IMG/VR virus record: IMGVR_UViG_3300013954_000001
Span: 1-64,000 of that record
DNA length: 64,000 bases
Reading direction: 5' to 3' (one strand)
Source: a virus
Lineage: Duplodnaviria > Heunggongvirae > Uroviricota > Caudoviricetes
Each line of letters opens with the position of its first letter. The first letter of the stretch is position 1. The notes under the pieces were generated by a model that did not search any database, was not told the origin of the DNA, and saw only the letters and a program-made list of their open reading frames with translations. Of the stretch, positions 1 through 7,798 are shown one piece after another. The position numbers were made by a program, and so were the translations under genes.

Positions 1-1731
1 GTACCAGTCGAAACTCCGCACGTCGGCGCAATGGGTATTGGCCTGGGATTGCACGGCGACTGTCAAGACGCATTTGACCTGATTCAAGCCGTCATTACTG
101 GCGAAGTCAATCTGCCGACGCCGGCCAACAACGGCATTCGCAACGGCGACTACGATACCATCAGCTGTTGCGTCATCACTGGCGGCGACAGCGTCAACAG
201 CATTGGTGTTGCCGAACACATCGCCTACAAGATGACGGCGAAGAAGGCCGGCATCGGTATCGAGTTCGACACGCGCAGCAAAGGTGCGCCAGTCAAAGGC
301 GGCGCCACAAAGCACCTAGGTAAGCACAGCATCTATTCGAGCCTCGACAAAGCCGTCAAGATGTTCACTCAGATCAGTCGCGGCGGCAGCGCTACCGCTA
401 CGTTCAAGTGCATCGATCCCGAAGTCGAAAGCATCGTCATGTGGAAGACTCAGCGCGTAGACATCGAAACGCGTATCGACAAAATCGACTACAGCTTCGC
501 CTACAACGATGCATACCTGCAAGCTGTCATTACTGACGGTCAATGGTTGTTGTTTGACCTGCTAGAAGCTCCAGAAGTCCACAAAGCGTTTTACGAAGCC
601 GCAGATGCCGCCGAGTACAACGCAGTCGTTGAAGCCGCTGTTGCTACCGGCAAGAAGCACAAGGTCATCAAGGCCCGTGACTTGCTGAAGTCTATGCTGA
701 TTGCGCGCAACGAAACTGGTCGCATGTATTCGTTTAACGTGACGCGAGCAAACCAGCACACGCCGTTTATCGACATCATCCGCTTGTCTAACCTGTGTCA
801 AGAAATCTGTCTGGCTACGAAGTCTTACGTCGACATGCCTGACCTGTACGCCGACGCCAGTACCGGTGAGACTGCGTTCTGTACGCTGGCTGCCATCAAC
901 GTAGGTAAGGTAAGTTTTGAGCGCTACCCGCATGCTGCACGTGTTGCGTTGCGTGCCGTCGACGCCATGATCGACAAAGCGCCTATGATGACAGCATCAA
1001 TGAAAGCCGCTATCATGCGCCGCCGCAGCGCTGGCATCGGCATCACTGGCTTGGCGGCTGCGCTCTACAAGAACGGCTACGACTACGACGGCAGCGAGGA
1101 ATCGCTGAACTTTGTCAGTCGCATCGCCGAACACCACTACTTCTATCTGCTGAAAGCCAGTCAGGAGTTGGCGGCAGAGTCTGGTATCTGTGTAGAAGGC
1201 ATCAAGAAAGATTGGCTGCCTATTGACACACGCGTCAACAAAGGCTATGTCCTCGAACTTGATTGGGAAAGTCTGCGCGGCAAGCCACGCAAGCACACCG
1301 TTCTAGTCGCACATATGCCGACTGAATCAAGTGCCGTGTTCAGCGATGCCCCGAATGGTCTGTACCCGATTCGTCAAGCCGTCATCAACAAGAAGTCGCG
1401 CAAAGGTATCATTCAATACATTTGTAAAGAATGGGATGCCTCGAAGAAGACGGCATGGGAAGTTGATAACATCGTTCTCGCCAAGTATTATTCGCGCGTC
1501 CAAGACATGACTGACCAGGGTATTAGTTGCGACTACTACTTTGATCCTAGCAAGTACGAAGACGAGAAGAAGCCGCTGAGCGAACTCATGAAAGAGTGGG
1601 TGGCACAAGCTAAGCTGGGTAACAAGAGCCAGTACTACATGAATACTCGCGACTTCAACGGTGGCGGCGTCCAAGACATGATCAAGGCAGCCGTAGTCGA
1701 AGAAGAAGCCTGTGAGAGTTGCAAGCTTTAA
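1..1731 (+). CDS. nrdA: Ribonucleotide reductase class Ia alpha subunit (NrdA), 3' portion; the ORF is open to the window edge
   Basis: The reading frame is open from nt 1. The product has the active-site motif SNLCQEI (Cys/Asn/Glu) and the C-terminal redox pair CESCKL typical of R1. Its length from the MGIGLG region to the end matches the R1 C-terminal two-thirds, so no intein is present. Confidence 0.9.
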   Translation, partial: VPVETPHVGAMGIGLGLHGDCQDAFDLIQAVITGEVNLPTPANNGIRNGDYDTISCCVITGGDSVNSIGVAEHIAYKMTAKKAGIGIEFDTRSKGAPVKGGATKHLGKHSIYSSLDKAVKMFTQISRGGSATATFKCIDPEVESIVMWKTQRVDIETRIDKIDYSFAYNDAYLQAVITDGQWLLFDLLEAPEVHKAFYEAADAAEYNAVVEAAVATGKKHKVIKARDLLKSMLIARNETGRMYSFNVTRANQHTPFIDIIRLSNLCQEICLATKSYVDMPDLYADASTGETAFCTLAAINVGKVSFERYPHAARVALRAVDAMIDKAPMMTASMKAAIMRRRSAGIGITGLAAALYKNGYDYDGSEESLNFVSRIAEHHYFYLLKASQELAAESGICVEGIKKDWLPIDTRVNKGYVLELDWESLRGKPRKHTVLVAHMPTESSAVFSDAPNGLYPIRQAVINKKSRKGIIQYICKEWDASKKTAWEVDNIVLAKYYSRVQDMTDQGISCDYYFDPSKYEDEKKPLSELMKEWVAQAKLGNKSQYYMNTRDFNGGGVQDMIKAAVVEEEACESCKL

Positions 1732-1738
1732 CTATACC

Positions 1739-1756
1739 AGGGGCGGCAACGCCCCT
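1739..1756 (+). other. GC hairpin (AGGGGCG-gcaa-CGCCCCT) between nrdA and nrdB; no T-tract follows, so it may be an RNA processing or stability element
   Basis: A 7-bp perfect stem lies immediately after the nrdA stop codon. Confidence 0.3.
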
Positions 1757-1776
1757 CACTACATGGGAGAATTGAA

Positions 1777-2850
1777 GTGCCTGTTTTTAATGAACGCAAC
1801 AAAGGGTATGAGACTAAGAAGTACCCGCTGTTCTTAGGTGATGACCTCGGTCTTTTCGACACCGTGAATATCGCATATCCTATTCTCGAAGACTTGTATC
1901 AAAAACAAGTCAGCCAGATTTGGAACGAAACTGAGATTAGCTTGGATCAAGACAAGCAGGACATGCTGACGTTGCCGCATGACACTGTCGACCTGATGGT
2001 AAAGACTATCAGCTGGCAGCACCTTGCAGATAGCGTCGCGTCGAAGTCTATTTCTGGCCTGCTCATGCGCTACGTCAGCAACTCGGAGCTAGAAGGTCTG
2101 CTCAACACTTGGAGCTTCTTCGAAACTATTCACGCACGTGCATACAGTCACATCATCAAGCAGACGTTTGTAGACCCCAATCAGCTGCTACGCGACACCT
2201 ACAACAGCGTACAGACGATCATTCGCAGCGAAGCCATTGTCAAGGCGTTCAACGCGCTTGAATCACTGCCAGTCGACGCAAGCACAGAAGAAAAGCGCAA
2301 GGCTATTGCAATGGCGTTTGTCGCGCTGTTCGCGCTTGAGGCCATCGCTTTCATGTCGAGCTTCGCCGTGACGTTTGCCATCACTGAGACCGGCGCGTTC
2401 CAAGGTATTGGTCAAGAAGTGACGCTGATCGCCCGCGACGAAGTTCTGCATACCCGCATGGACTACGCGATTCTGTCGATCCTCAAGCAAGACCCGGCCT
2501 GGGTTAAAGTGTTTGTCGAAAATCGCGACGCCATCAAAGCGATTCTAGACGCTGTCACCATGCAAGAACTCAACTGGAGCGAATACTTGTTCAGCGAAGG
2601 TCGGCAAGTAATTGGATTGACTTCTACGCTACTCAAAGAATATACTCTGTACATGGCTAAACCTGTATATGATGCACTTGGCGCCGACTTCCAATTCGAA
2701 GTTATCGAACGCAATCCATGCTCTTATATGGATAAGTACATCGACAGCAGCAAAGTACAGGTTGCGCCGCAAGAACTACAGATCACGTCGTACAAAGTGG
2801 GTGCCGTCAAAGACGATACTGCCGACCTCGATCTTGCGTTCGACATCTGA
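1777..2850 (+). CDS. nrdB: Ribonucleotide reductase beta subunit (NrdB)
   Basis: The 357-aa ORF lies directly downstream of nrdA, as in T4. It has a GTG start after a GGGAGA Shine-Dalgarno (SD) sequence. The product shows ferritin-like helices and a C-terminal tail DLDLAFDI of the R1-binding type. Confidence 0.85.
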   Translation: MPVFNERNKGYETKKYPLFLGDDLGLFDTVNIAYPILEDLYQKQVSQIWNETEISLDQDKQDMLTLPHDTVDLMVKTISWQHLADSVASKSISGLLMRYVSNSELEGLLNTWSFFETIHARAYSHIIKQTFVDPNQLLRDTYNSVQTIIRSEAIVKAFNALESLPVDASTEEKRKAIAMAFVALFALEAIAFMSSFAVTFAITETGAFQGIGQEVTLIARDEVLHTRMDYAILSILKQDPAWVKVFVENRDAIKAILDAVTMQELNWSEYLFSEGRQVIGLTSTLLKEYTLYMAKPVYDALGADFQFEVIERNPCSYMDKYIDSSKVQVAPQELQITSYKVGAVKDDTADLDLAFDI

Positions 2851-2889
2851 CAACAGCGGCTCAGCTGAGCCGCAGCAAAAGGAGTACAT

Positions 2890-3129
2890 ATGAAAGTTGA
2901 AATCTACGGCAGGCCGAGTTGCACGTTCTGCGACCGCGCCAAAGAGTTGTGCGAACGCACTGGACTGGCTTATGACTACAAGATCGTAGGCGAAAGCGTT
3001 AGCCGCGAACAACTAGAAGAAATGGTTGGGTCGCCTGTACGCAGCGTCCCTCAAATTTTCGTGACAACAGACGGCTTCAGCGAATACGTCGGTGGTTACG
3101 CTCAACTGGAGGCGCGTCTCCGTGGTTAA
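2890..3129 (+). CDS. Glutaredoxin/NrdH-like redoxin
   Basis: A 79-aa protein with a CTFC (CxxC) motif near the N-terminus. It has an AAGGAG RBS and sits next to nrdAB. Confidence 0.8.
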   Translation: MKVEIYGRPSCTFCDRAKELCERTGLAYDYKIVGESVSREQLEEMVGSPVRSVPQIFVTTDGFSEYVGGYAQLEARLRG

Positions 3130-3385
3130 GAATAAACTCTGTCTGGCTGACATCGAAGCCAAAATCAAAGGCGTCGAATACCGTGTATTCGGTGGCCGTC
3201 TAACTGTTGCTGTCGTCACTATGGCAAACGGATTCCAAGTAGTTGGTGAGTCGTCATGTGTAGACGTCGCCAACTTCGACGCCGGCCTTGGTGAGAAATA
3301 CGCGTACGAAGACGCTGTCGAACAGCTGTGGATGCTAGAAGGCTATCTGTTGCGCGAACGCCTGTATCAAGAGGGATTGGTGTAA
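3092..3385 (+). CDS. Hypothetical conserved phage protein (start uncertain; overlaps the glutaredoxin 3' end)
   Basis: A 97-aa ORF in good coding frame that ends exactly at the thyX-like ATG. Its start codon lies inside the glutaredoxin gene, so the true start may be further downstream. Confidence 0.3.
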   Translation: MVTLNWRRVSVVKNKLCLADIEAKIKGVEYRVFGGRLTVAVVTMANGFQVVGESSCVDVANFDAGLGEKYAYEDAVEQLWMLEGYLLRERLYQEGLV

Positions 3386-4326
3386 TGACGATCACAGCAG
3401 AAATCATCGCCGACAGTATCAGTGAAACTGGCGTACGCATTACAACTTTCGAGCTTGAATATTGGAGAGGTATTCACGCCGAACTGATGACTCACCGCGT
3501 GTTCAGTCGTAACGCAGCTAGCAGTCGAGCCATCCCAGTAAAGGCAATGAATGACTTGATTCGTGCCGATGTGGCAGGACCGATTCATTTTGGAAAGAAC
3601 AAATCTGGAATGCAAGATGCTGGCGAACACTTTGAAAAGGTTGCAGGGAAATACACTGCCCGAGAATGGTGGGAAATTGCGGCAGACAAGGCTGTAAGTT
3701 TCTCTGACGCCCTCGCTGACGCAGGATACGCAAAACAGGTATGCAATCGTGTGACTGAGCCATATCAGCGAATGAAAGTCGTTGTTACTGCAACCGAGTT
3801 CGACAACTGGTTCTGGCTGCGTAACCACGAAGACGCTGACCCGACTATTCACGTGCTTGCCGCCACTATGCTCGCCGCCTACAAAGACAACACCCCACGT
3901 CTTTTGCTGGCCGGCGAATGGCATACGCCTTACTACGGCGACGGCTTCTGGTCTGACAGCGGCGACTCAGGTCTAGATGCTGCCGGCGTAAGTCTGGCCG
4001 ACGCCCTCATGATCAGTGCGTCGTGTTGCGCTCAAGTCAGCTATCGCAAGCTTGACGACACCCTTGAGAAAGCACGTGAAGTCTACGCGCGCCTCATTGA
4101 GTCTCAGCCTGTACACGCCAGTCCAGTTGAGCATCAGGCAACGCCTATGGCTAAGCCGCTATGGCAGCCGGGCGACAGCGACGCTAGCAACAATTACCAG
4201 TGGGAAGACGGCACTACTCACATGGATTGTCGTGGTAACTTCTGGAGTGGCAACTTCTGTCACTGGATTCAGCACAGGCAGCTGATCCCCGGTCACACCT
4301 GCACGAAGTACGAGGAACTGGCATGA
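3385..4326 (+). CDS. thyX: ThyX-like flavin-dependent thymidylate synthase homolog, divergent (THR in place of RHR), with a Cys-rich C-terminal extension
   Basis: The start follows a GAGGGA RBS. The motif ELMTHRVFSRNAASSRAIP resembles the ThyX RHRxxSxxxxSSR signature. The product is 313 aa, longer than typical ThyX, with a Cys/His-containing tail. Its position after nrdAB-grx is where T4 carries td. Confidence 0.5.
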   Translation: MTITAEIIADSISETGVRITTFELEYWRGIHAELMTHRVFSRNAASSRAIPVKAMNDLIRADVAGPIHFGKNKSGMQDAGEHFEKVAGKYTAREWWEIAADKAVSFSDALADAGYAKQVCNRVTEPYQRMKVVVTATEFDNWFWLRNHEDADPTIHVLAATMLAAYKDNTPRLLLAGEWHTPYYGDGFWSDSGDSGLDAAGVSLADALMISASCCAQVSYRKLDDTLEKAREVYARLIESQPVHASPVEHQATPMAKPLWQPGDSDASNNYQWEDGTTHMDCRGNFWSGNFCHWIQHRQLIPGHTCTKYEELA

Positions 4327-4484
4327 TCGCAGTCAAGGCTTTTCTGACGTGCTTGGCAGTCTTCGCGATTTGCTTGGTCATTTCTAGAAGGCCAGTCGAA
4401 GACCGACCCTGGGTGTACATACCAGGATCGATATCGATTGTAGGCATGGTAATCAGCGCCATCGCCGGCATCTGGATGATGTGA
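4323..4484 (+). CDS. Small hydrophobic membrane protein (53 aa)
   Basis: MIAVKAFLTCLAVFAICLVIS...SISIVGMVISAIAGIWMM shows two predicted TM helices. An ATGA overlap couples it to the thyX-like stop, and it ends just before a rho-independent terminator. Confidence 0.35.
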   Translation: MIAVKAFLTCLAVFAICLVISRRPVEDRPWVYIPGSISIVGMVISAIAGIWMM

Positions 4485-4485
4485 G

Positions 4486-4515
4486 AAAAATCCCGCCCGA
4501 TGGCGGGATTTTTCG
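4486..4515 (+). terminator. Rho-independent terminator
   Basis: Stem AAAAATCCCGCC / GGCGGGATTTTT with a 4-nt loop and a T-run. Confidence 0.7.
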
Positions 4516-4544
4516 TTGACTACTGCCATTACCTGATGTAAGAT
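4516..4544 (+). promoter_or_regulatory. Sigma70-type early promoter (TTGACT-17-TAAGAT)
   Basis: Near-consensus -35, a 17-nt spacer and a -10, followed by the conserved GTGAAGAGA leader. Confidence 0.55.
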
Positions 4545-4577
4545 TTACTTGAATCGACAGTGAAGAGATACGAAATC

Positions 4578-4775
4578 ATGAGTACATACTACCTAGTCAA
4601 AGAAGCTGACAACACATTCACTATGCGCCAGACTCGTTACGCCGAAGCCTTAAAGAAAGGCAAAGAGCATAAAAACGATGTATGCGCGATAGGCTTTACT
4701 AAGCAAGACATGGCCGAACTCGTCAAGAAGTACGACTTCGATCTGGACGAACTGTCTGTCAACATGTTGATCTGA
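4578..4775 (+). CDS. Hypothetical early protein (66 aa)
   Basis: ATG lies 7 nt after the conserved GTGAAGAGATACG leader. The ORF track start at 4560 is a GTG inside that leader. Confidence 0.45.
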   Translation: MSTYYLVKEADNTFTMRQTRYAEALKKGKEHKNDVCAIGFTKQDMAELVKKYDFDLDELSVNMLI

Positions 4776-4782
4776 GGTTGTC

Positions 4783-5022
4783 ATGAAATACATTAGGGCA
4801 TATTTCGAAAACGTCCGCGCATCCTACCTTGTCGATGCCATTCTCAAAGACAGAGACGACATCGACGTCGTCGCCTACGACCCGTATAACCACATGATCG
4901 TCGTGTCATCAGAAGATGACGTCAGACTAGATGAAATTCGAGACATTGTCTGGCAGTACAACGGCGGCGCCTGTGTAGATGCCGAGTTTGTTAGCGAAGA
5001 ATGGGTCGATGAAAACTGTTGA
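4783..5022 (+). CDS. Hypothetical early protein (79 aa), paralog of the 5087-5401 product
   Basis: Shares ...VWQYNGGACVDAEF...WVDENC* with the next gene's ...VLQYYGGFEYIDAD...WQENS*. Its TGA stop overlaps the -35 TTGACT of the next promoter. Confidence 0.5.
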   Translation: MKYIRAYFENVRASYLVDAILKDRDDIDVVAYDPYNHMIVVSSEDDVRLDEIRDIVWQYNGGACVDAEFVSEEWVDENC

Positions 5023-5047
5023 CTGCGGTAATAGTTGCTGAGACAAT
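5019..5047 (+). promoter_or_regulatory. Sigma70-type early promoter (TTGACT-17-GACAAT)
   Basis: The -35 overlaps the preceding stop codon. It is followed by the conserved leader GAATTGAAGACAACCGTGAAGAGAGA. Confidence 0.45.
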
Positions 5048-5086
5048 AGCTACGAATTGAAGACAACCGTGAAGAGAGACTAAATC

Positions 5087-5401
5087 ATGAGCAACGTGAA
5101 CGAAGAACTCATTTGCATCGAAGACGTCGTCGTTGAATTCAACGAGAAAGTCGAGAAGTATCTTGAGCAAAGCGCGAATCGCGTCAGCGCCGAAGTACTC
5201 GGCCTTGATCGCCGCTGCGGCAGGCTTTACGTCAACCACGAGTACGTCATTACGTCGGTCGGTAATGATCGCGTCCTCCAGTACTACGGCGGCTTCGAAT
5301 ACATTGACGCCGACTGTCGCCAGGTGATTGGAGACTATGTCTTCTATTCGGGTGACGAACGCGTCACCGAATGTATCGATGCATGGCAAGAAAACAGTTG
5401 A
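5087..5401 (+). CDS. Hypothetical early protein (104 aa), paralog of the 4783-5022 product
   Basis: Lies behind the conserved leader. Its C-terminus WQENS* stops with a TGA that overlaps the next -35. Confidence 0.5.
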   Translation: MSNVNEELICIEDVVVEFNEKVEKYLEQSANRVSAEVLGLDRRCGRLYVNHEYVITSVGNDRVLQYYGGFEYIDADCRQVIGDYVFYSGDERVTECIDAWQENS

Positions 5402-5426
5402 CGCCAGCCTTACCTTAGTTCATACT
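5398..5426 (+). promoter_or_regulatory. Sigma70-type early promoter (TTGACG-17-CATACT)
   Basis: The -35 overlaps the preceding stop codon. The leader ACGAATTGAAGACAAACGTGAAGAGAGA follows. Confidence 0.5.
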
Positions 5427-5466
5427 ACACACGAATTGAAGACAAACGTGAAGAGAGAACTTTATC

Positions 5467-5880
5467 ATGATCTACATTATCCTGAATGACGAAAACAAAG
5501 CCGTAGCAGCCAGCAACGAGCGCGTAGAAGGCGCTGTTATCTCCCGTTGGGACTACAAAGATATGGCGCACGTTGAACGCCTCGCCAGCGAGCTTTCTGA
5601 AGCCACTGGCAGCCTGTATGTTGCCACTGATGCAGGCGACAGCGTCAGTCCTCGATACGACGTCATCAAAGCCCCTGCTGTCGGCGATGCCGTTAGCTAC
5701 GCATTCAACGGCGACTACTACGAAGACGGTGAAATCGTTGCCGTCAGCAGCAGTCTGAAAGTCGTTACTACTAGCAGCGGCAAGAAGTACTACCGCAAAG
5801 CCTTGACTGGTCGTTGGCTCTACAACAAGACTTGGACTCTTGTTCAAGGCCATCGCAACGAAAAGAATCCCCATCTGTAA
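5467..5880 (+). CDS. Hypothetical early protein (137 aa)
   Basis: ATG lies 8 nt after the GAAGAGAGA leader, in good coding frame. Confidence 0.5.
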   Translation: MIYIILNDENKAVAASNERVEGAVISRWDYKDMAHVERLASELSEATGSLYVATDAGDSVSPRYDVIKAPAVGDAVSYAFNGDYYEDGEIVAVSSSLKVVTTSSGKKYYRKALTGRWLYNKTWTLVQGHRNEKNPHL

Positions 5881-5883
5881 GGC

Positions 5884-5913
5884 TTGACCTGCTGTCGCCG
5901 CTGTAGTTACAAT
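5884..5913 (+). promoter_or_regulatory. Sigma70-type early promoter (TTGACC-17/18-TACAAT)
   Basis: -35/-10 pair followed by the leader CGTGAAGAAGAGA. Confidence 0.5.
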
Positions 5914-5944
5914 AAGTCGTCAACGTGAAGAAGAGAACTTTGCC

Positions 5945-6211
5945 ATGTACATGAGTGCTGAAGAGTTAGGCGATGCCCTTGACGTCGCCGTCAAAGCCAA
6001 GTTTGGCGTCGGTATCGACACCTCTGACTGCTTCGACTATTGGGTCGACTCAAATGTTGACGTCAACAAAGCCGATTTGTTGGCAGTAGTCAAGCAAGTA
6101 CTGTCTTCCGTCGACAGCTGCGATGAAATCAGAATTGCACTAGGTTGCAATGCTGACATCAATCGCCGTAGTGGTCGTGTCAGTGTTTCTTGCAAAGGTA
6201 AGGCGTCATGA
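5945..6211 (+). CDS. Hypothetical early protein (88 aa)
   Basis: Lies behind the conserved leader. Its stop overlaps the next ATG (ATGA). Confidence 0.45.
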   Translation: MYMSAEELGDALDVAVKAKFGVGIDTSDCFDYWVDSNVDVNKADLLAVVKQVLSSVDSCDEIRIALGCNADINRRSGRVSVSCKGKAS

Positions 6212-6465
6212 TCACTATCAAAACTGTCAACAAAGCCATTGCGTCGAGCGACATCAAAGCCGAACTTGTACGCGGCGATGGATACTTCTATTTCGTCGGC
6301 CCTGACGTCGAATACGCCGCCACTACTTCAGTCATGGTGCCGCGTCTCAATGACTTGACGCTGGCACAATGGATAGAAGAGGTCATCATCACTGCCGCCG
6401 AAAGCAAAGAGCGCCTTGAAGCCATCAAGGCAGTTGCCGCCGACTCTATTATTATCAGAGGCTGA
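6208..6465 (+). CDS. Hypothetical protein (85 aa)
   Basis: Translationally coupled to the upstream ORF by an ATGA overlap. Confidence 0.45.
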   Translation: MITIKTVNKAIASSDIKAELVRGDGYFYFVGPDVEYAATTSVMVPRLNDLTLAQWIEEVIITAAESKERLEAIKAVAADSIIIRG

Positions 6466-6466
6466 C

Positions 6467-6706
6467 ATGGCTCAGTATCGAATAGTCGAATTCGAAGGTG
6501 ACTTCACGCCGCAAGCGCGTTTCACGTCTCGCGTGTACACACCTAAATGGTATCACTGGTTCTTGTGGCGCGACATGTGCTTCGCGTTTAAGAGTCTTGA
6601 AGAGGCCGAACGATATATCGACGGATACAGGCGACAACAGGCCAAAAGTCGGCGTATCATCCACAAGTATCCACGCGAGACAATTCATGAGGAGTATTTC
6701 CGTTGA
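6467..6706 (+). CDS. Hypothetical protein (79 aa)
   Basis: Start MAQYRIVEFEG follows an AGAGG RBS. The ORF track's longer N-terminus (6416) lacks an RBS. Confidence 0.4.
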   Translation: MAQYRIVEFEGDFTPQARFTSRVYTPKWYHWFLWRDMCFAFKSLEEAERYIDGYRRQQAKSRRIIHKYPRETIHEEYFR

Positions 6707-7236
6707 AATTCAGTGAACTCAAAACAGGTATGCGAGTCGTCACAGTAGATGGCACGACATTCATTTACATCGCCGACGCCAAAATGATCGTGTCGCAGGA
6801 CAGCGGCTACATGATGGCGAGGAGCTTCAACGAAGACCTGACGTGCAAGAGTATACCTGAAGAATTCGACATCGTCGAAGTGTATGACGTACCGGGTCCT
6901 GCCGTGTTGCTCGACTTCAGCGTCAAAGGTGATTTGTTATGGCGTCGTCGCACACAACTGGCGTCAGCCAATGTATTTGACGCCAATGGTATGTTTGTTT
7001 ACAGGCACTACGATCCGTATCGCGTCGACGTCGACGACGTCAACATCGTTGCCATCCACAATTCTATTTTCGACGTCAACGGCGCCGTGACAACAGAATT
7101 CATGGACGACTTGTATGTGTACCTGAGTTCGAAGCCGGGTCTCAGTTTCAAATGTGACGCCGTCAAGTTGTTCTATGCGCAAATGCATGGCAGAAACACT
7201 AGTTGCTGCTACCCAGCCGTCTACATGTGGAAATAG
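6703..7236 (+). CDS. Hypothetical protein (177 aa)
   Basis: Coupled to the upstream stop. Coding-like composition throughout. Confidence 0.5.
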   Translation: MKFSELKTGMRVVTVDGTTFIYIADAKMIVSQDSGYMMARSFNEDLTCKSIPEEFDIVEVYDVPGPAVLLDFSVKGDLLWRRRTQLASANVFDANGMFVYRHYDPYRVDVDDVNIVAIHNSIFDVNGAVTTEFMDDLYVYLSSKPGLSFKCDAVKLFYAQMHGRNTSCCYPAVYMWK

Positions 7237-7238
7237 CC

Positions 7239-7406
7239 ATGACTTCGAATTACGAAGGTGCTATCATCAAGAACATTCGAAAGCTGCCGGGGCGTGGCAA
7301 CATCGTTTACGCCGAACTGTTCGGCAGCGACGGTAAACTACTGATCGCCGCGACTCTCGAATACATTTACAAAGAATTGCAGGCTCGCATGCCTGACAAG
7401 GATTAA
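7239..7406 (+). CDS. Hypothetical small protein (55 aa)
   Basis: A short ORF filling the gap before the endonuclease VII-like gene. Its RBS is weak. Confidence 0.3.
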   Translation: MTSNYEGAIIKNIRKLPGRGNIVYAELFGSDGKLLIAATLEYIYKELQARMPDKD

Positions 7407-7798
7407 TGATGGGAAGCAAAACTAGATGCATATCGTGCAACACTGCATGCAACGGCGAACGATGTAGACTGTGTCGTAATGCTTATGTGAAAGAAACGGC
7501 AAAGTTCGATAAGACAGAATGGCGTCGCAGTAGACTATACGGCATGGAACCCGGTGAGTTTGACATATACTGGATGGCACAGCGAGGGATGTGCTATGTA
7601 TGCAACATTCAAATGAAGCCGCCGAGTAAAGGAAAGGGTCAGGCATTAGACGTTGTTGCAGTAGACCATTGTCATAAAACGGGAAAATTCAGAGGTTTGT
7701 TGTGTAACGGTTGCAATAAAGCTTTAGGATTTTTCAAAGACGATTTAGCAATACTCCGGTCTGCTATCAATTATTTAGAACAAGGGTCAATGAAATGA
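7406..7798 (+). CDS. Recombination endonuclease VII-family (T4 gp49-like) HNH/zinc nuclease
   Basis: CYVCN...LDVVAVDHCHKTGKFRGLLCNGCNKALG matches the EndoVII signature (T4: CLICQ...NHLDHDHELNGPKAGKVRGLLCNLCNAAEG). It carries an extra N-terminal Cys cluster. Confidence 0.75.
   Translation: MMGSKTRCISCNTACNGERCRLCRNAYVKETAKFDKTEWRRSRLYGMEPGEFDIYWMAQRGMCYVCNIQMKPPSKGKGQALDVVAVDHCHKTGKFRGLLCNGCNKALGFFKDDLAILRSAINYLEQGSMK

Noticed and set aside
316-1674. Multiple short minus-strand ORFs within nrdA
   Set aside because: They are antisense to a continuous, motif-supported RNR alpha reading frame.
1-1731. Intein or group I intron in nrdA
   Set aside because: The protein length from the conserved N-proximal region to the CESCKL tail matches intron- and intein-less R1, and the reading frame is continuous.
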